NCBI GenBank assembly: GCA_963708075.1
Contig: OY970194.1
Location: 2,400,001-2,464,000 of the forward strand
Length of the DNA: 64,000 nucleotides
Direction of reading: 5' to 3'
DNA from: Sedimentisphaerales bacterium
GTDB taxonomy: Bacteria; Planctomycetota; Phycisphaerae; Sedimentisphaerales; Anaerobacaceae
Of the stretch, positions 31,101-41,630 are shown piece after piece. The first letter of the stretch is position 1. Each line of letters opens with the position of its first letter. Made by a program: the position numbers and the translations under genes. The notes beneath the pieces were generated by a model. The model worked only from the letters and a program-made list of their open reading frames with translations, ran no database searches and was not told the origin of the DNA.

Positions 31101-32361
31101 GTTCGGCACTTCCACTGTGGCCAACTACATCTACAGCATCTATGCGAGTTATAGCTCGACCTCCGGCACGGCGGCAGCCTACTCAATCGCAGCCGACGAG
31201 ATGCTGGTAGAGATGCCGACTATCGATGACAGTTCTGAAGCTATCATGACGCCAAAGGCTAAGGGCAATATCCCGCAGACCAGGGGTACTTCCAGGGCTG
31301 CAGAACGTGCCCGTACGCCCAAGGCGGAAGAAAGCGTAACCGATGGTCAGGAGCAGATCCCGCCGGCGATTGTCGATGGCGATCTCATGCCCGATCCCGC
31401 TACGACAGCCAACACGATGATGCTTCTACGGGTTCGCGATGCAGGCAAGGGCGTCAATCCTGCCTCCGTGAGTATCGAGGTGGACGGCCATATCGTCTAC
31501 AGCGGTGATGTGGAGGCATCGAACACCAGCTATGGTGTCTGTGTGCGAACCGGGACCAAGGCGGACTACAGGTACCTCTATCAGCCGAAGGAATCCACCG
31601 GCGAGCAGGTCGTCGTGGCGGTCAATGCCCGCGATCTGGCCGGCAATGTGATGCCCGAGCAGACGTACCTGTTCGATACCGCGGCCTCTGTGCCCGCTCC
31701 CACGCAGAGCATTGCTCCGGAGCCGGCTGGCGAGGATCAAAACAGCGTGTCCGATGAGGCCATCCTGGATCAAAGCAATCTCGATCAGCGTAGGCCCGCC
31801 ATCGTACGTGATGGTACCGGCAACACCTGGTCCGCCTGGCAGGCGGGCGATGTCGGACAGCGGCAGATCTACGTCTCTCGCGTATCCGAAGGTGTGGAAA
31901 CGGCCGAGGATACGTTCCAGGTAACCCAAGGCGAAGGCGATCACTGCAATCCCGCCATCGCCGTGGATGGTGCAGGCGTTCTCTATGTCGTCTGGCAGGA
32001 GAGCACGCGTGGCAACTGGGACGTGTGTACGTCGGTTTCGCCCGACGGCAAGGCATGGTCGTCGCCGAAGGCGATCGTCGATGCCAATGACAACCAGGTG
32101 AATCCCGCCATCGCCGCCAGCCGGCAGCCGAACGGTCTGGTTGCTGTCCTCTGGCAGGATGATCGGGCGGACAACCAGGACGTGTACATGGCCACATCGA
32201 CCGATGCGTTCACTACCGCTGAAGTCACTGCGGTGACTTCCGACGAGGCGGATCAGACCGATCCGGCCGTGATCGTCGACGGTGAAGATGCCATCTTCAT
32301 GCGGTGGACGGACACGAGGACCAATTCGGCCGCTGAGGTGGAAGCTCCTCAAGAGCCGTAA
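28145..32361 (+). CDS. Large secreted modular protein: parallel beta-helix, 2x InlB-B-like repeats, 2x ~140-aa beta-sandwich repeats, BNR-like C-terminus; one frameshift near 29693
   Basis: ORFs 28145..29803 and 29716..32361 join if one base is restored (DLAP-GSTWPSGVRTLDQRAYGTWEIGAY). YYV...GND.NSG.S..APWRT; VTLQATPNSGY.FTGWSGDL occurs twice. Confidence 0.82.
29871..30212 (+). repeat. Intragenic direct repeat (222-bp period) encoding InlB-B-like repeats
   Basis: Near-identical GCGACGCCGAACAGCGGCTAC...AACAAGTCCGTCACCGCCAA at about 29884 and 30106. Confidence 0.85.
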
Positions 32362-32393
32362 CCCCATCGCATCTGTCAGCTTGCATCTCTTCG

Positions 32394-32433
32394 GGGCGCC
32401 GGGCAAACCCTTGCACGGCGCCCTGAGTCTTTT
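32394..32433 (+). terminator. Probable terminator hairpin between convergent genes
   Basis: GGGCGCCG...CGGCGCCC stem followed by a T-rich tract. Confidence 0.45.
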
Positions 32434-32508
32434 CCGGGGCCGGACATTTCCGGGACGGCACTTGCACGGCCAGGGTCAAGTCGGCGCCACAGTATGCAGG
32501 CGGCCTGA

Positions 32509-32772
32509 TTAGACTACATCCGGCTCTTCTTTTTGGCCCTCGTACTCCAAAGAGCCTGAGCGTTCTGACGCCGTGGTCAGCCATTTGCGAAGCTGGTCCA
32601 TGTCTTTGGCCTCGATCTCTCCGACGTCGGCCAGCTCCTCCAGGTTGTGGATCCAGCCTCGCCGCTCGCGGAACTCGATGATTGCCTCGGCTTTGCTGTT
32701 GTCAACGCCCGGAATCTCCGCCAACTCCTCCCTCGATGCTTCATTGATGCTGTATTTCCTGTGCTCCGCCAT
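32509..32772 (-). CDS. Small helix-hairpin-helix (ComEA-like) protein
   Basis: INEASREELAEIPGV...KAEAIIEFRE.RG....LEEL; AAGGAG RBS. Confidence 0.8.
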   Translation of the reverse strand: MAEHRKYSINEASREELAEIPGVDNSKAEAIIEFRERRGWIHNLEELADVGEIEAKDMDQLRKWLTTASERSGSLEYEGQKEEPDVV

Positions 32773-33087
32773 GGTTGTCTCCTTTGTCATTGTGCGCTCG
32801 TATAGGCCCACCTGCAGGCATTACGCCACCGGCGACGCGAGGTTGGGTGGCGCAGGACTATGTCTGCTATGGTTTGGTGCGGCAATCAGGGCCGGCAGAA
32901 GGCTCAGGGAACTCATGAGGGACCGTTTCCAGTCGAGACTTGTTTCGATAAACCCCGTGAACAGATTGAAGGACAGATATACCCTCCCCTAGGCATATTC
33001 CTGATTGTCTGTCCTCCAGGGCCGGAGTAGAGGGATGGGGATGGACCGGACAAGTAAGGCGTATGATGATGAATATGCGAGGATATC

Positions 33088-33528
33088 ATGATGCTTCAAG
33101 AAAGGACTTCCCGGCGGGACTTTCTCTGCCTCGGCGCGGCAGCAGCAGTCGCATGCGGCGGTTGTGCAGTTCTTGGCTCCCGCAAGGCGGACGTAACGGC
33201 CGAACCAAAACAAGGGGTTATCCGCCTGACCGGGGCTCAGTCAGCAGCCCTGCTCGCGTCCGAGGGCAGTACTCTTGTCAAACCCAAGGGGCTTCGCGAC
33301 AAAATCCTGGTGATGCACCTCACTGACAACGCCCTGCTTGCCGTCAGTGCGATCTGTACGCACCGGGGCTGCACGGTCAACTATAACAAGGACATGGGTC
33401 GCATCGACTGTCCCTGTCACGGCTCGCAGTACTCGCCGGACGGCAGCGTCATCCGAGGCCCAGCCAAACGCCCGCTCAAGCAATACAAAGTCACGACAGA
33501 GGGCGGACAGGTCCTGATCATGGTTTGA
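33088..33528 (+). CDS. Tat-exported Rieske [2Fe-2S] (lipo)protein
   Basis: SRRDFL Tat motif; CTHRGC...CPCHGS..GPA canonical Rieske motifs. Confidence 0.92.
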   Translation: MMLQERTSRRDFLCLGAAAAVACGGCAVLGSRKADVTAEPKQGVIRLTGAQSAALLASEGSTLVKPKGLRDKILVMHLTDNALLAVSAICTHRGCTVNYNKDMGRIDCPCHGSQYSPDGSVIRGPAKRPLKQYKVTTEGGQVLIMV

Positions 33529-33550
33529 GCCACTCGCCAATACATGGCTA

Positions 33551-34384
33551 TCATTCCACAGCAGCGATTGTGCGTCTGATGCACCGAAAACCCCGATCAT
33601 CATCCCACGGATATGGGGGATACTTGGGGTTGGGGTCGCACTCTTGCAGGCGGGGCTCGACTGTCTCTACCAGGAGGTTGCCGGTCATGCTGCCCAACCG
33701 GGTTCGATATGCGGGACAGCGGGTCCACGCCCCGCCCCGTAGGGCGAAACAGGTCTCGCCCACCTTGCAGTACTCCCATGCATTGCCCACCATGTCGTGC
33801 AAACCCCAGGGGTTTGGCAGCTTACGGCCGACGGGGCGCGTGCCTGTGCCGTCCGTATTGCAGCGGTGCCAGGCATATCGACCGTCAACGTCGTCCCCCC
33901 AGTAAAACGCCGTGGAGGTGCCGGCCCGACAGGCGTAGACCCATTCTGCTTCCGTCGGCAGATCCATCCCGGCCCACCCTGCATATTGCAGAGCATCGGC
34001 ATAACTGAGGTATACAGCCGGATGGTTCGCCGCCTGCCTGAAACCCGGGCTTTTCCAGGTGAAGCGGTTCCCGGCTTTCTCGGCGTCCGTGACGTACCCC
34101 GTTTGGCGGACAAACCGGCGAAACTGTCCGACCGTCACTTCCGTCTGTCCCAGCCAGAACCCATTCTCAAACGTCATCTGCTGTGAAACCGTCTTCTCCG
34201 GATTGTTCGGGTCCTTTGGCACAGCAAGGATTTGGGCCAGGAGGCTCCCCGCAGGGACCCGGACGAACTTCATATCGTCCTTCGGATTGCGCCACACCCT
34301 TGCCTGTGAATGAGATTGCGTGGCACACGCCGGCAGGAGACTCAAGCTGCTCACGCACAAGACCATCAATGTTCTGCGAACCAT
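33551..34384 (-). CDS. Formylglycine-generating-enzyme (SUMF1/EgtB/PvdO) domain lipoprotein
   Basis: TEVTVGQF..FV, LPTEAEW.YACRAG, PNPWGLHDMVGNAWE, RGG.W and GFRC motifs; LPAC lipobox. Confidence 0.88.
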   Translation of the reverse strand: MVRRTLMVLCVSSLSLLPACATQSHSQARVWRNPKDDMKFVRVPAGSLLAQILAVPKDPNNPEKTVSQQMTFENGFWLGQTEVTVGQFRRFVRQTGYVTDAEKAGNRFTWKSPGFRQAANHPAVYLSYADALQYAGWAGMDLPTEAEWVYACRAGTSTAFYWGDDVDGRYAWHRCNTDGTGTRPVGRKLPNPWGLHDMVGNAWEYCKVGETCFALRGGAWTRCPAYRTRLGSMTGNLLVETVEPRLQECDPNPKYPPYPWDDDRGFRCIRRTIAAVE

Positions 34385-34398
34385 GTCCACACCTCCGG

Positions 34399-34872
34399 TC
34401 AGATGGCCACGATCAGTGTGTCTTCGATGAGATTGACAGGGTAGGACTTGAGCGGTGTCTCGGCGGGCCCTTTCACGATCTGGCCGCTCAGGTCGAAGAT
34501 GGAGTGGTTGAAGTTGTTGCATTGCAGGATGCCGCGATTGCGGTTGTAGCTGATGGTCTGCCCGCCATGCGTGCAGAGCCGCGATAACGCGAAGTATTCC
34601 CGCCGGTCGGCCCGCACGAGGATTAATTTAAGTGACTTCTCCTCGTTGGTGACGTAGACGGCGGTGCCCACTTCGCCCAGCGAATGCGCCTTCGTCAGGT
34701 CAATTACCAGGCGGTTCTGCTCGATGGTCAGACTCGCAGGTTCCAGGTCCGGCGTGTCACAGCAGGTCGATCGCGGTGAGACAGGGCCATTCGTTGCTCG
34801 GCATCCGCAAACACCGCCCGCCAGCAGTGCGGAAGCGCGAATCACATCTCTTCGGCTCATCTTCCGTTGCAT
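34399..34872 (-). CDS. Tat-exported Rieske-like protein with an atypical second motif
   Basis: SRRDVI Tat motif; CTHGG...CNNFNHS.F..SG...KGPA..PL. Confidence 0.8.
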   Translation of the reverse strand: MQRKMSRRDVIRASALLAGGVCGCRATNGPVSPRSTCCDTPDLEPASLTIEQNRLVIDLTKAHSLGEVGTAVYVTNEEKSLKLILVRADRREYFALSRLCTHGGQTISYNRNRGILQCNNFNHSIFDLSGQIVKGPAETPLKSYPVNLIEDTLIVAI

Positions 34873-35050
34873 GCCAGTTCACTCCAGGTAAAACGTGATC
34901 GGTCAGCCACGACTACAAATGCAGTTGCGCGGGGGACCCCCATGTTACAGGCACATGCGGCAAAAGTGTGCGACTAAATTTCGTGGGGGAGATTCTGTCG
35001 GCCGGTTGGGAAAGCTCGTCTTTTGGGCCTTTTTCACGCGGGGCACAAGG

Positions 35051-35121
35051 GTCGTGCGAGGATGCACGACCTACGAAGAGTGCCGACGGCTCTGGGCGTA
35101 GGGTGGGCGTCCTCGCCCGCC
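35051..35121. repeat. Inverted pair of GTAG-type REP elements
   Basis: Minus copy GTAG-GTCGTGC-ATCCTC-GCACGAC at 35051-35074. Plus copy GTAG-GGTGGGC-GTCCTC-GCCCGCC at 35098-35121. Confidence 0.7.
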
Positions 35122-35258
35122 CTGCGAAGCCATCGGGGCCCACGAAATGTAGTCACGCACCGGCAAAAGCGGAGCGCGATTTATCATTGCATTTTGTGCC
35201 CTGTGGCGGTACATAGGAATGAACAGTTCAGGCTTCGTCACTTGAAAGGGATCAGCCC

Positions 35259-36486
35259 ATGTTGAAAATCGGGATGATTGGAGCAGGTTTTGTCGCGAAG
35301 TTCCACGAGCGGGCCTTGCGGTCCGTGCGGAACGTGGAACTCGCGGGGATCTATGCGCTGAAGGGCGCCGAAGCCCTGGCCCAGGTCGCCCGGCAGGACC
35401 ACCTTGGTGACACGAAGGCCTACAACTCCATTGCTGAGCTGACACGAGCCGTGGATGTCGTCTGCATTTTCGCCCCGAACTTCGCCCGCGTCGAGATGAT
35501 GCGGGAGATCGCCCGGGCCGTCGAGGACGGCGCGGAGATCAAGGGCATCATCATTGAAAAGCCCCTGGCGCGCAACGTCAGTGAGGCGGACACGCTGGTG
35601 CGAATCGCCAAGGCGATGAATGTCCCTACGGCGTACTTCGAAAACCAGATCCACATGCCCGCCATCGTCCAGGCCCGTGCCCAACTGCTCCAGGTGGAAA
35701 AGGCGATGGGCGCCCCTCATCTGGCGCAGCGCCGAGGAGCACGGCGGTCCCCATGAGCCCTGGTTCTGGAACCCCACCACGCAGGGCGGCGGCGTCTGCT
35801 GCGACATGGGTTGTCACAGCATCGCCTGCGGCATGTACATGATCACCCCGGCCGATAAACCCGTGAATTACCTCAAGCCGCTACGCGTCAGCGCGACGAT
35901 GGCACTGCTCAAATGGGGCAAGCCGCCGTGGATCGGCCAGCTCAAGCAGCGCGGGGTGGATTACTCCGCTACGCCTGCCGAGGATTATTCCAGCGTCACC
36001 CTTGAATTCGAGGACCCGGGCACCGGGCAGCGCAGCGTCGTCCAGGCGACGAACTCCTGGATGTACGACGCTCCCGGGCTTCGCCTGCTGATGGAGACCT
36101 TCGGGCCGGGGTATTCGTATACCGTCAACTCCCTGCAGTCGCCTGCGGGCATGTTCATCAGTGACGCCGCGGCGACCGCCGTGGCGGATAGCGAGCTAGC
36201 CCTGGAGAAATCCCAGGCGTCCCGTGGGGCGCTCATCCTGCAGCCCGACGAGATCGCTCTGTACGGCTACATCGCCGAATGGATCGATGCGCTCCAGGCG
36301 TTCGAGAAAGGCCGGGATGCCCTGCTCAACTTCGAATATGGCAAGCTGATTGCGACGTTGATCATGGCGGCGTACATGGCGCACGAGAAGCGAAAGGTCA
36401 TCGATCTGACGGATGCGCGTATCCTCAGCGAGCTCGAGAACTACGTCCCTCTGATCCAGCAGGGCAAGGGCAAACAGGTGCTGTAG
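35259..36486 (+). CDS. Gfo/Idh/MocA family oxidoreductase; one frameshift near 35725
   Basis: IGMIGAGFV Rossmann motif, EKPLA, GGG...DMGCH. The two ORFs join as ...PHLA-RSAEEHGGPHEPWFW if GC is restored. Confidence 0.85.
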
Positions 36487-36669
36487 AGTCGCCGGCGGCG
36501 TGAGCATCAGTTCCCGTCTTCGCCTTTGGACGTGGACACATCCTCATGGATGAGGACTTTACGATCCGGATTATTGGCAGAAAACTGAGAGCACCCAGGC
36601 CCCGGAATCGTATGCATACCATGCGTCGTGTGAGTGAATTGGCAATCATCGTAAGGATTGAGCAGAACA

Positions 36670-38301
36670 ATGTCCGGATCGAATGGGAGAAGATACAGGC
36701 TGCGAATTGTCGTGCCGGCGTTTCCGGGATTCAACATCTACTCCAGCATCGCCAGCATCACTACGGCCCTGGGTCCGGTATGCGTGGCCAGTGCCGTGAA
36801 CGAGATGGAGGGCTGGGATGCGGAGGTGATCGATGAGAACAATCTGGGCCGATACGGCCCGCGAGGTCCTCACGGGGGGGCCGATCACGATATGCTTCAG
36901 GAACAACGGCCCGCCGATGTCGTCGGGTTCTACGGCGGTTTGACCAGCACGGTCCCTCACCTGTACGAACTGGCCCGGCAGTACAAGCGGCACGGCGTCA
37001 TAACCATCGCCGGCGGGCAGCACTTCGCAGGCGACAATATCGCCGAGGCGCTGTCCTCGGGCATCGATTACGTGGTTCTGGGCGAAGGCGAGTGGACGAT
37101 CCGCGAGCTTCTGGCTGCTGTGCAGGGTGGCCGCGATGTACGCGACATCCAAGGCATCGCCTACTTGCAGAATGGCCAGGTGGTCAACACCGGGCAGCGC
37201 GAGCCGCTTACAGAGTTCAGCCTGCTCCCCTATCCGGATTTTTCCCTGGTCCGCTATGCCCGAATCAAGATCTATCCGGTCGAGCGGGTGCGCGGCTGCT
37301 GCATGAACTGCGAGTTCTGTACGGTCAAGGGCAAGCCCCGGCCGGCACCGGTCGAACGGCTGCTCGGAAGCATCAGCGAGCTCGTGGAAACCCACAAGGC
37401 CAGGAGTTTCTTCATCGTCGATGACCTGTTCGGCCAGGACCGTGAGGAGACGCTGCGCTTTTGCCGGCTGCTCGCAGAGTATCAAGAGCGTATTGGCAGG
37501 CAATTAGTGACAACCGTGCAAATCCGGCTGGACAAAGCCAGAGACCCGGAACTGTTGGCCGCCATGCGTCAGGCGGGAATCCGGAACGTGGCCATCGGTT
37601 TTGAGTCGCCCATCGACGAGGAACTGAAGGCTATGAACAAGCATCTTGATTCCGGGCAGATGCTATCCCTTGTCCGGGTCTTTCGCCGAGCCGGGTTCAC
37701 CGTGCACGGAATGTTCATCTTCGGTTACCCGATGCCGCCGGGGGTCGAGTTCACCATGCCCCTCGCGGAGCGGGTGCAACGATTCAAGAGCTTCATCCAC
37801 CGGGCCAAGATCGACACCGCACAGGTCCTGCTCCCCGTCCCCCTGCCCGGCACGGCCCTGCGCCGCCGGCTCCAGGAGCAAAACAGGGTCTATCCGATCC
37901 AGGAGGTTGGCTGGGAATACTATGACGGCAATTTCCCGCTCTTCGAGCCCGATGACTCGATCGATCCGGAACAACTGCAACGAGCGGGCAAGAGGATCAT
38001 GAGCCGCGTGTACCAGTTCCACTACCTGTTCCTCGTGGTGGCCAGCATCCTTTCCTTCCCGGCGCTGGCCCTGTCGCTTCACCGCCTCAATTTTGCCTGG
38101 CGACAGTGGAACCGGCGATGGCGTAGCCGCGTCATTCGTTTTGGCGGCTGGATCACCATCCGCAAGTGGACCTCCAATTTCCGGAGGAGCGATTTCCTCC
38201 AGCGTCTGCAAACCGCCAGGGAGCAGTTGCGCACCGGGCGCAGCCCTGTTCCCTGCCGCCAGCAGACCGACCGACCTTTGCAGCCTTCTGACCGCGTGTG
38301 A
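36670..38301 (+). CDS. B12-binding domain radical SAM protein
   Basis: IAGGQH, VVLGEGE, RGCCMNCEFC (CxxxCxxC), IVDD.F, IGFES and P.PGT motifs. Confidence 0.9.
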   Translation: MSGSNGRRYRLRIVVPAFPGFNIYSSIASITTALGPVCVASAVNEMEGWDAEVIDENNLGRYGPRGPHGGADHDMLQEQRPADVVGFYGGLTSTVPHLYELARQYKRHGVITIAGGQHFAGDNIAEALSSGIDYVVLGEGEWTIRELLAAVQGGRDVRDIQGIAYLQNGQVVNTGQREPLTEFSLLPYPDFSLVRYARIKIYPVERVRGCCMNCEFCTVKGKPRPAPVERLLGSISELVETHKARSFFIVDDLFGQDREETLRFCRLLAEYQERIGRQLVTTVQIRLDKARDPELLAAMRQAGIRNVAIGFESPIDEELKAMNKHLDSGQMLSLVRVFRRAGFTVHGMFIFGYPMPPGVEFTMPLAERVQRFKSFIHRAKIDTAQVLLPVPLPGTALRRRLQEQNRVYPIQEVGWEYYDGNFPLFEPDDSIDPEQLQRAGKRIMSRVYQFHYLFLVVASILSFPALALSLHRLNFAWRQWNRRWRSRVIRFGGWITIRKWTSNFRRSDFLQRLQTAREQLRTGRSPVPCRQQTDRPLQPSDRV

Positions 38302-38398
38302 ATGGTGTCTCCGGTCGAACGGATGGCAATGCCGCAGTTTCACAGATCCTGCGGCTGAAACTACCACGCTCGGCGCCTCTCACAAACCCACCTGCCGC

Positions 38399-38637
38399 GT
38401 GCCATGTCTACGCTTGTACGCGTTTGACGTGAAACCTCCCCTGCTCCGGGTGGCACCGCCAAATGCGGTGACGGCGCTGTCTCGATAGGCCCGGCCACTC
38501 CGAGAGCCCACAGACAAACGAGTTTGTCCGTGCCACCCAAGATCATGCCTTCATGGGCTAAGCACGTACCTATGCGTGCGTAGACATGTTCGATTCAATA
38601 GGCACAGCATGCTTACGTGAGCGTAAGCATGGCACCC
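38399..38637. repeat. Cluster of GGGTG-headed REP-like palindromes between convergent genes
   Basis: Minus GGGTGGCACGGACAAACTCGTTTGTCTGTG (38509-38538), minus GGGTGCCATGCTTACGCTCACGTAAGCATG (38608-38637), plus GGGTGGCACCGC..GCGGTG (about 38448), and a CATGTCTACGC/GCGTAGACATG inverted pair. Confidence 0.6.
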
Positions 38638-38741
38638 ATGGCCTTGAGACATGCTCGGAACGACGGTCTCTTTCTGAGACTATCCGGGAAGCGACATACC
38701 TGTCTCTTCCCGGATAGTTGCAGGGCTTACGAAATGGGATA

Positions 38742-39060
38742 TCAGTACCGGTCGCCGCGTCCGCCGCGTCCGCCACCACCACCGCCGTATCCGCCGCCGC
38801 CGCCACCGCCTCGCTTCGGCGTCTTGGGCTTCGCTTCGTTGACCATGATGCTTCGGCCGCGAAGGTCCGTGCCGTTGAGGGCCGCGATGGCCGCGTCGGC
38901 ATCTTTGCGCCGGCATCTCGACGAACCCGAATCCTCGCGATTCACCGCTGAACCGATCCTTCACGACGCTGGCGGATTGCACATCGCCGTAGGTGGCGAA
39001 AAGCTGCCGCAATTCCTCGTCCGTGACCTCGAATGACAGATTCCCTACGTAGATATTCAT
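38742..39060 (-). CDS. RRM RNA-binding protein with a Gly-rich tail; one frameshift near 38908
   Basis: MNIYVGNL (RNP2) and RGFGFVEM (RNP1), then [22 protein letters not shown] in another frame. The two parts join if two bases are restored at GCGC. Confidence 0.9.
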
Positions 39061-39469
39061 CTTCTACTCCTTTGCTTCATTGAGCGTGTGTCCCGGCCTC
39101 GGCAACGGTCTCCGATCAGCACGGGGCTGCACCTTCACTTCGATTTTATACTCTTCTTGTATCCTATAGAATCAGCGAAAAGAGGGGATCAAAGGCGGGA
39201 AATCAGTATCGGGTCAATCAACGTTGATTCCACTCTCACGACGCATCATCCAGTTTCTCCTGTAATATTTTGGCAGGATACCGCGCCACAGGAGCCGTTG
39301 CAAGCACCAAATTTCATCTATTTTCGAAAAGAATTGTAGTTATTTTGCTTATGGGGGACAGGGGAAGGTTCCAGACAGCAAATTGATTTGGACACCGGCT
39401 TCTGTTAACATTGTCCCATGCCGTAGAATGCTGAATGTTGATTACGGGCAACTGGAAGGGGTAAGGAGT

Positions 39470-41455
39470 ATGCTTAGAAACCTGTGGGGTGTATCGATCC
39501 TGTTTACAGCTTTCCTTGTGTTTGGCGATGGAGCGGCTGCGTACGCTGAGGAGGTTGTCCGGTTGGGGGAACTGGATCTCTCGAAGATGTCGAGCGGGTG
39601 GGGCAAGCCGCTGGCGGACAAGACGGTTACAGACAAGACAATCTCCATCGGCGGGCAGGCGTTCGAGCACGGCGTAGGGACCCACGCCGAGTCACTATTC
39701 TATGTAAAGCTCGACGGCAAGACGGAGCGATTCCGTGCGCAAGTTGGCGTGGACGATGCGACCAACGGCAGAGGGACGGTGCGGTTCCAGGTGTACGGCG
39801 ATGGCAAAAGGCTGTTTGACAGCCGGACGATGAAAGGCGGGCAGAAGGCCAAGACCATAGATGTGTCACTGACAGGCGTTCGGTATCTGATGCTGATTGT
39901 GACCTCAGGCAGCGACGGGACCGATTTCGACCACGCGGACTGGGCGCAGGCGGAGTTTGTCGTCGCCGGCGACAAGCCGCAGGCCCTCGATGTGCCGAAG
40001 CCGCCTGTAGAGGAGCGAATCGTCCTTACGCCCAAGCCCGGACCTCAGCCGAAGATCAACGGGCCGAAGGTGTATGGCGCCCGGCCGGGCCGGCCCTTCA
40101 TCTATCGTATCCCCTGCACGGGCACACGGCCCATTCAGTTCGCGGCCGCCAACCTGCCGCAGGGTATGGAACTCGATGCCGCGACCGGTATCATCACCGG
40201 TCGCGTGCCGAAAGAACGAGGCGAAACGGTCGTGACCATAGAAGCGAGGAATGAGCACGGATCGGATCTGCGGACATTCAAGCTGTTGGTCGGCGACATG
40301 CTGGCCCTGACGCCGCCGATGGGCTGGAACAGTTGGTACATCCATTACACCCACGTGACTGAGGAGCATATGCGCAACGCCGCCGACGTGATGATCTCCT
40401 CCGGCATGGCGGACCACGGTTACCAGTACGTCAATATCGATGACTGCTGGATGAAGCAAAAGGGGGACGAGCCCTATCGCGATAGCCAGGGGGCCATCCT
40501 GCCCAATGCGAAATTCCCGAACATCACGGGCATGGTCGATTACATCCACAGCAAGGGCCTCAAGGCCGGACTTTACACCGGGCCCGGCCCGTGGACCTGT
40601 GCCGGCTACGTCGCCAGCTACGAGCACGAGCAGGCCGACGCCGAGAAGTTCGCGGAGTGGGGGTTCGATTTCCTCAAATACGACTGGTGCTCCTACAGCC
40701 AGGTCGCCGGCGGCAAGGACCTCGAACACCTGCAACGGCCCTACAAGAAGATGGGCGACATCCTGAAGGAGTTGCCGCGAGACATTGTGTACAACCTTTG
40801 CCAGTACGGCATGGGCGACGTGTGGACGTGGGGCGCCGAGGTTGACGGCCACTGCTGGCGGACTACAGGCGACCTGGGCCTGGAGCAGGGCGCCCTGCTG
40901 CCTGGGTTCTACAACATCGGCCTGAGCAACGCCCGGCACTACGAGTATGCCGGCCCCGGCCACTGGAACGACCCGGACTACATCCTGATCGGCTGGGTAG
41001 GCAACGCCCACAACGTGAATGAGCCGGGCCAACCGACGAAGCTGACGCCCAATGAGCAGTACAGCTACATGTCCATGTGGTGCCTGATGGCCTCCCCGCT
41101 GTTCTTCTCCGGCGATATGGCTAAGCTCGACGACTTCACAGTCAATGTCCTGTGCAACCCCGAGGTGATCGACGTCGATCAGGACCCGCTCGGCAAGCAG
41201 GCCAAGCCACTGGTGCAGAACGACGAAACCCTGATAATGGCCAAGCCCATGGAGGACGGCTCACTGGCCGTGGGCCTGTTCAACCTGGCGGAACTGCAGC
41301 GAGAAATCACTGTGGACTGGACACTGCTTGGCATCGATGGCCCGCGCCAAGCCCGCGACCTGTGGCGGCAAAAGGACCTCGGCCGATCTACGGACCGCTT
41401 CACCGCGAGCGTTCCCCGTCATGGAGTGGCCCTGATTCGACTGCGTCCGGAATAG
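39470..41455 (+). CDS. GH27 alpha-galactosidase with an N-terminal NPCBM/NEW2 domain and an Ig-like domain
   Basis: HGVGTHA NPCBM motif, TPPMGWNSW, YVNIDDCW, DFLKYDWC, WRTTGD and WNDPD. Confidence 0.93.
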   Translation: MLRNLWGVSILFTAFLVFGDGAAAYAEEVVRLGELDLSKMSSGWGKPLADKTVTDKTISIGGQAFEHGVGTHAESLFYVKLDGKTERFRAQVGVDDATNGRGTVRFQVYGDGKRLFDSRTMKGGQKAKTIDVSLTGVRYLMLIVTSGSDGTDFDHADWAQAEFVVAGDKPQALDVPKPPVEERIVLTPKPGPQPKINGPKVYGARPGRPFIYRIPCTGTRPIQFAAANLPQGMELDAATGIITGRVPKERGETVVTIEARNEHGSDLRTFKLLVGDMLALTPPMGWNSWYIHYTHVTEEHMRNAADVMISSGMADHGYQYVNIDDCWMKQKGDEPYRDSQGAILPNAKFPNITGMVDYIHSKGLKAGLYTGPGPWTCAGYVASYEHEQADAEKFAEWGFDFLKYDWCSYSQVAGGKDLEHLQRPYKKMGDILKELPRDIVYNLCQYGMGDVWTWGAEVDGHCWRTTGDLGLEQGALLPGFYNIGLSNARHYEYAGPGHWNDPDYILIGWVGNAHNVNEPGQPTKLTPNEQYSYMSMWCLMASPLFFSGDMAKLDDFTVNVLCNPEVIDVDQDPLGKQAKPLVQNDETLIMAKPMEDGSLAVGLFNLAELQREITVDWTLLGIDGPRQARDLWRQKDLGRSTDRFTASVPRHGVALIRLRPE

Positions 41456-41630
41456 CGGGCGGCTGGGAAAACCAGGCAAATGCCCTTGCACGAGCGGGTC
41501 GCTGCGGATAGAATACTGCTGATGCCGCGTCGAGATTCCGGTCGAGTTGTTCATTCGGCTGTCGGCCGGTGGAGCATACGGGTTCTTTGCGAGTCTGATC
41601 AGGCCCGTCTTGAGACCTGGAGGTACTGCT

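Noticed and set aside
32398..32425. c-di-GMP-I riboswitch (GGGCAAACC)
   Set aside because: It lacks the GAAA tetraloop and GACGCAAAGC elements and lies at gene 3' ends, so it is better read as a terminator.
35259..39060. True pseudogenes or programmed frameshifting (oxidoreductase, RRM protein)
   Set aside because: There are no slippery heptamers or additional decay. The indels sit at GCGC and are more simply explained as sequencing errors.
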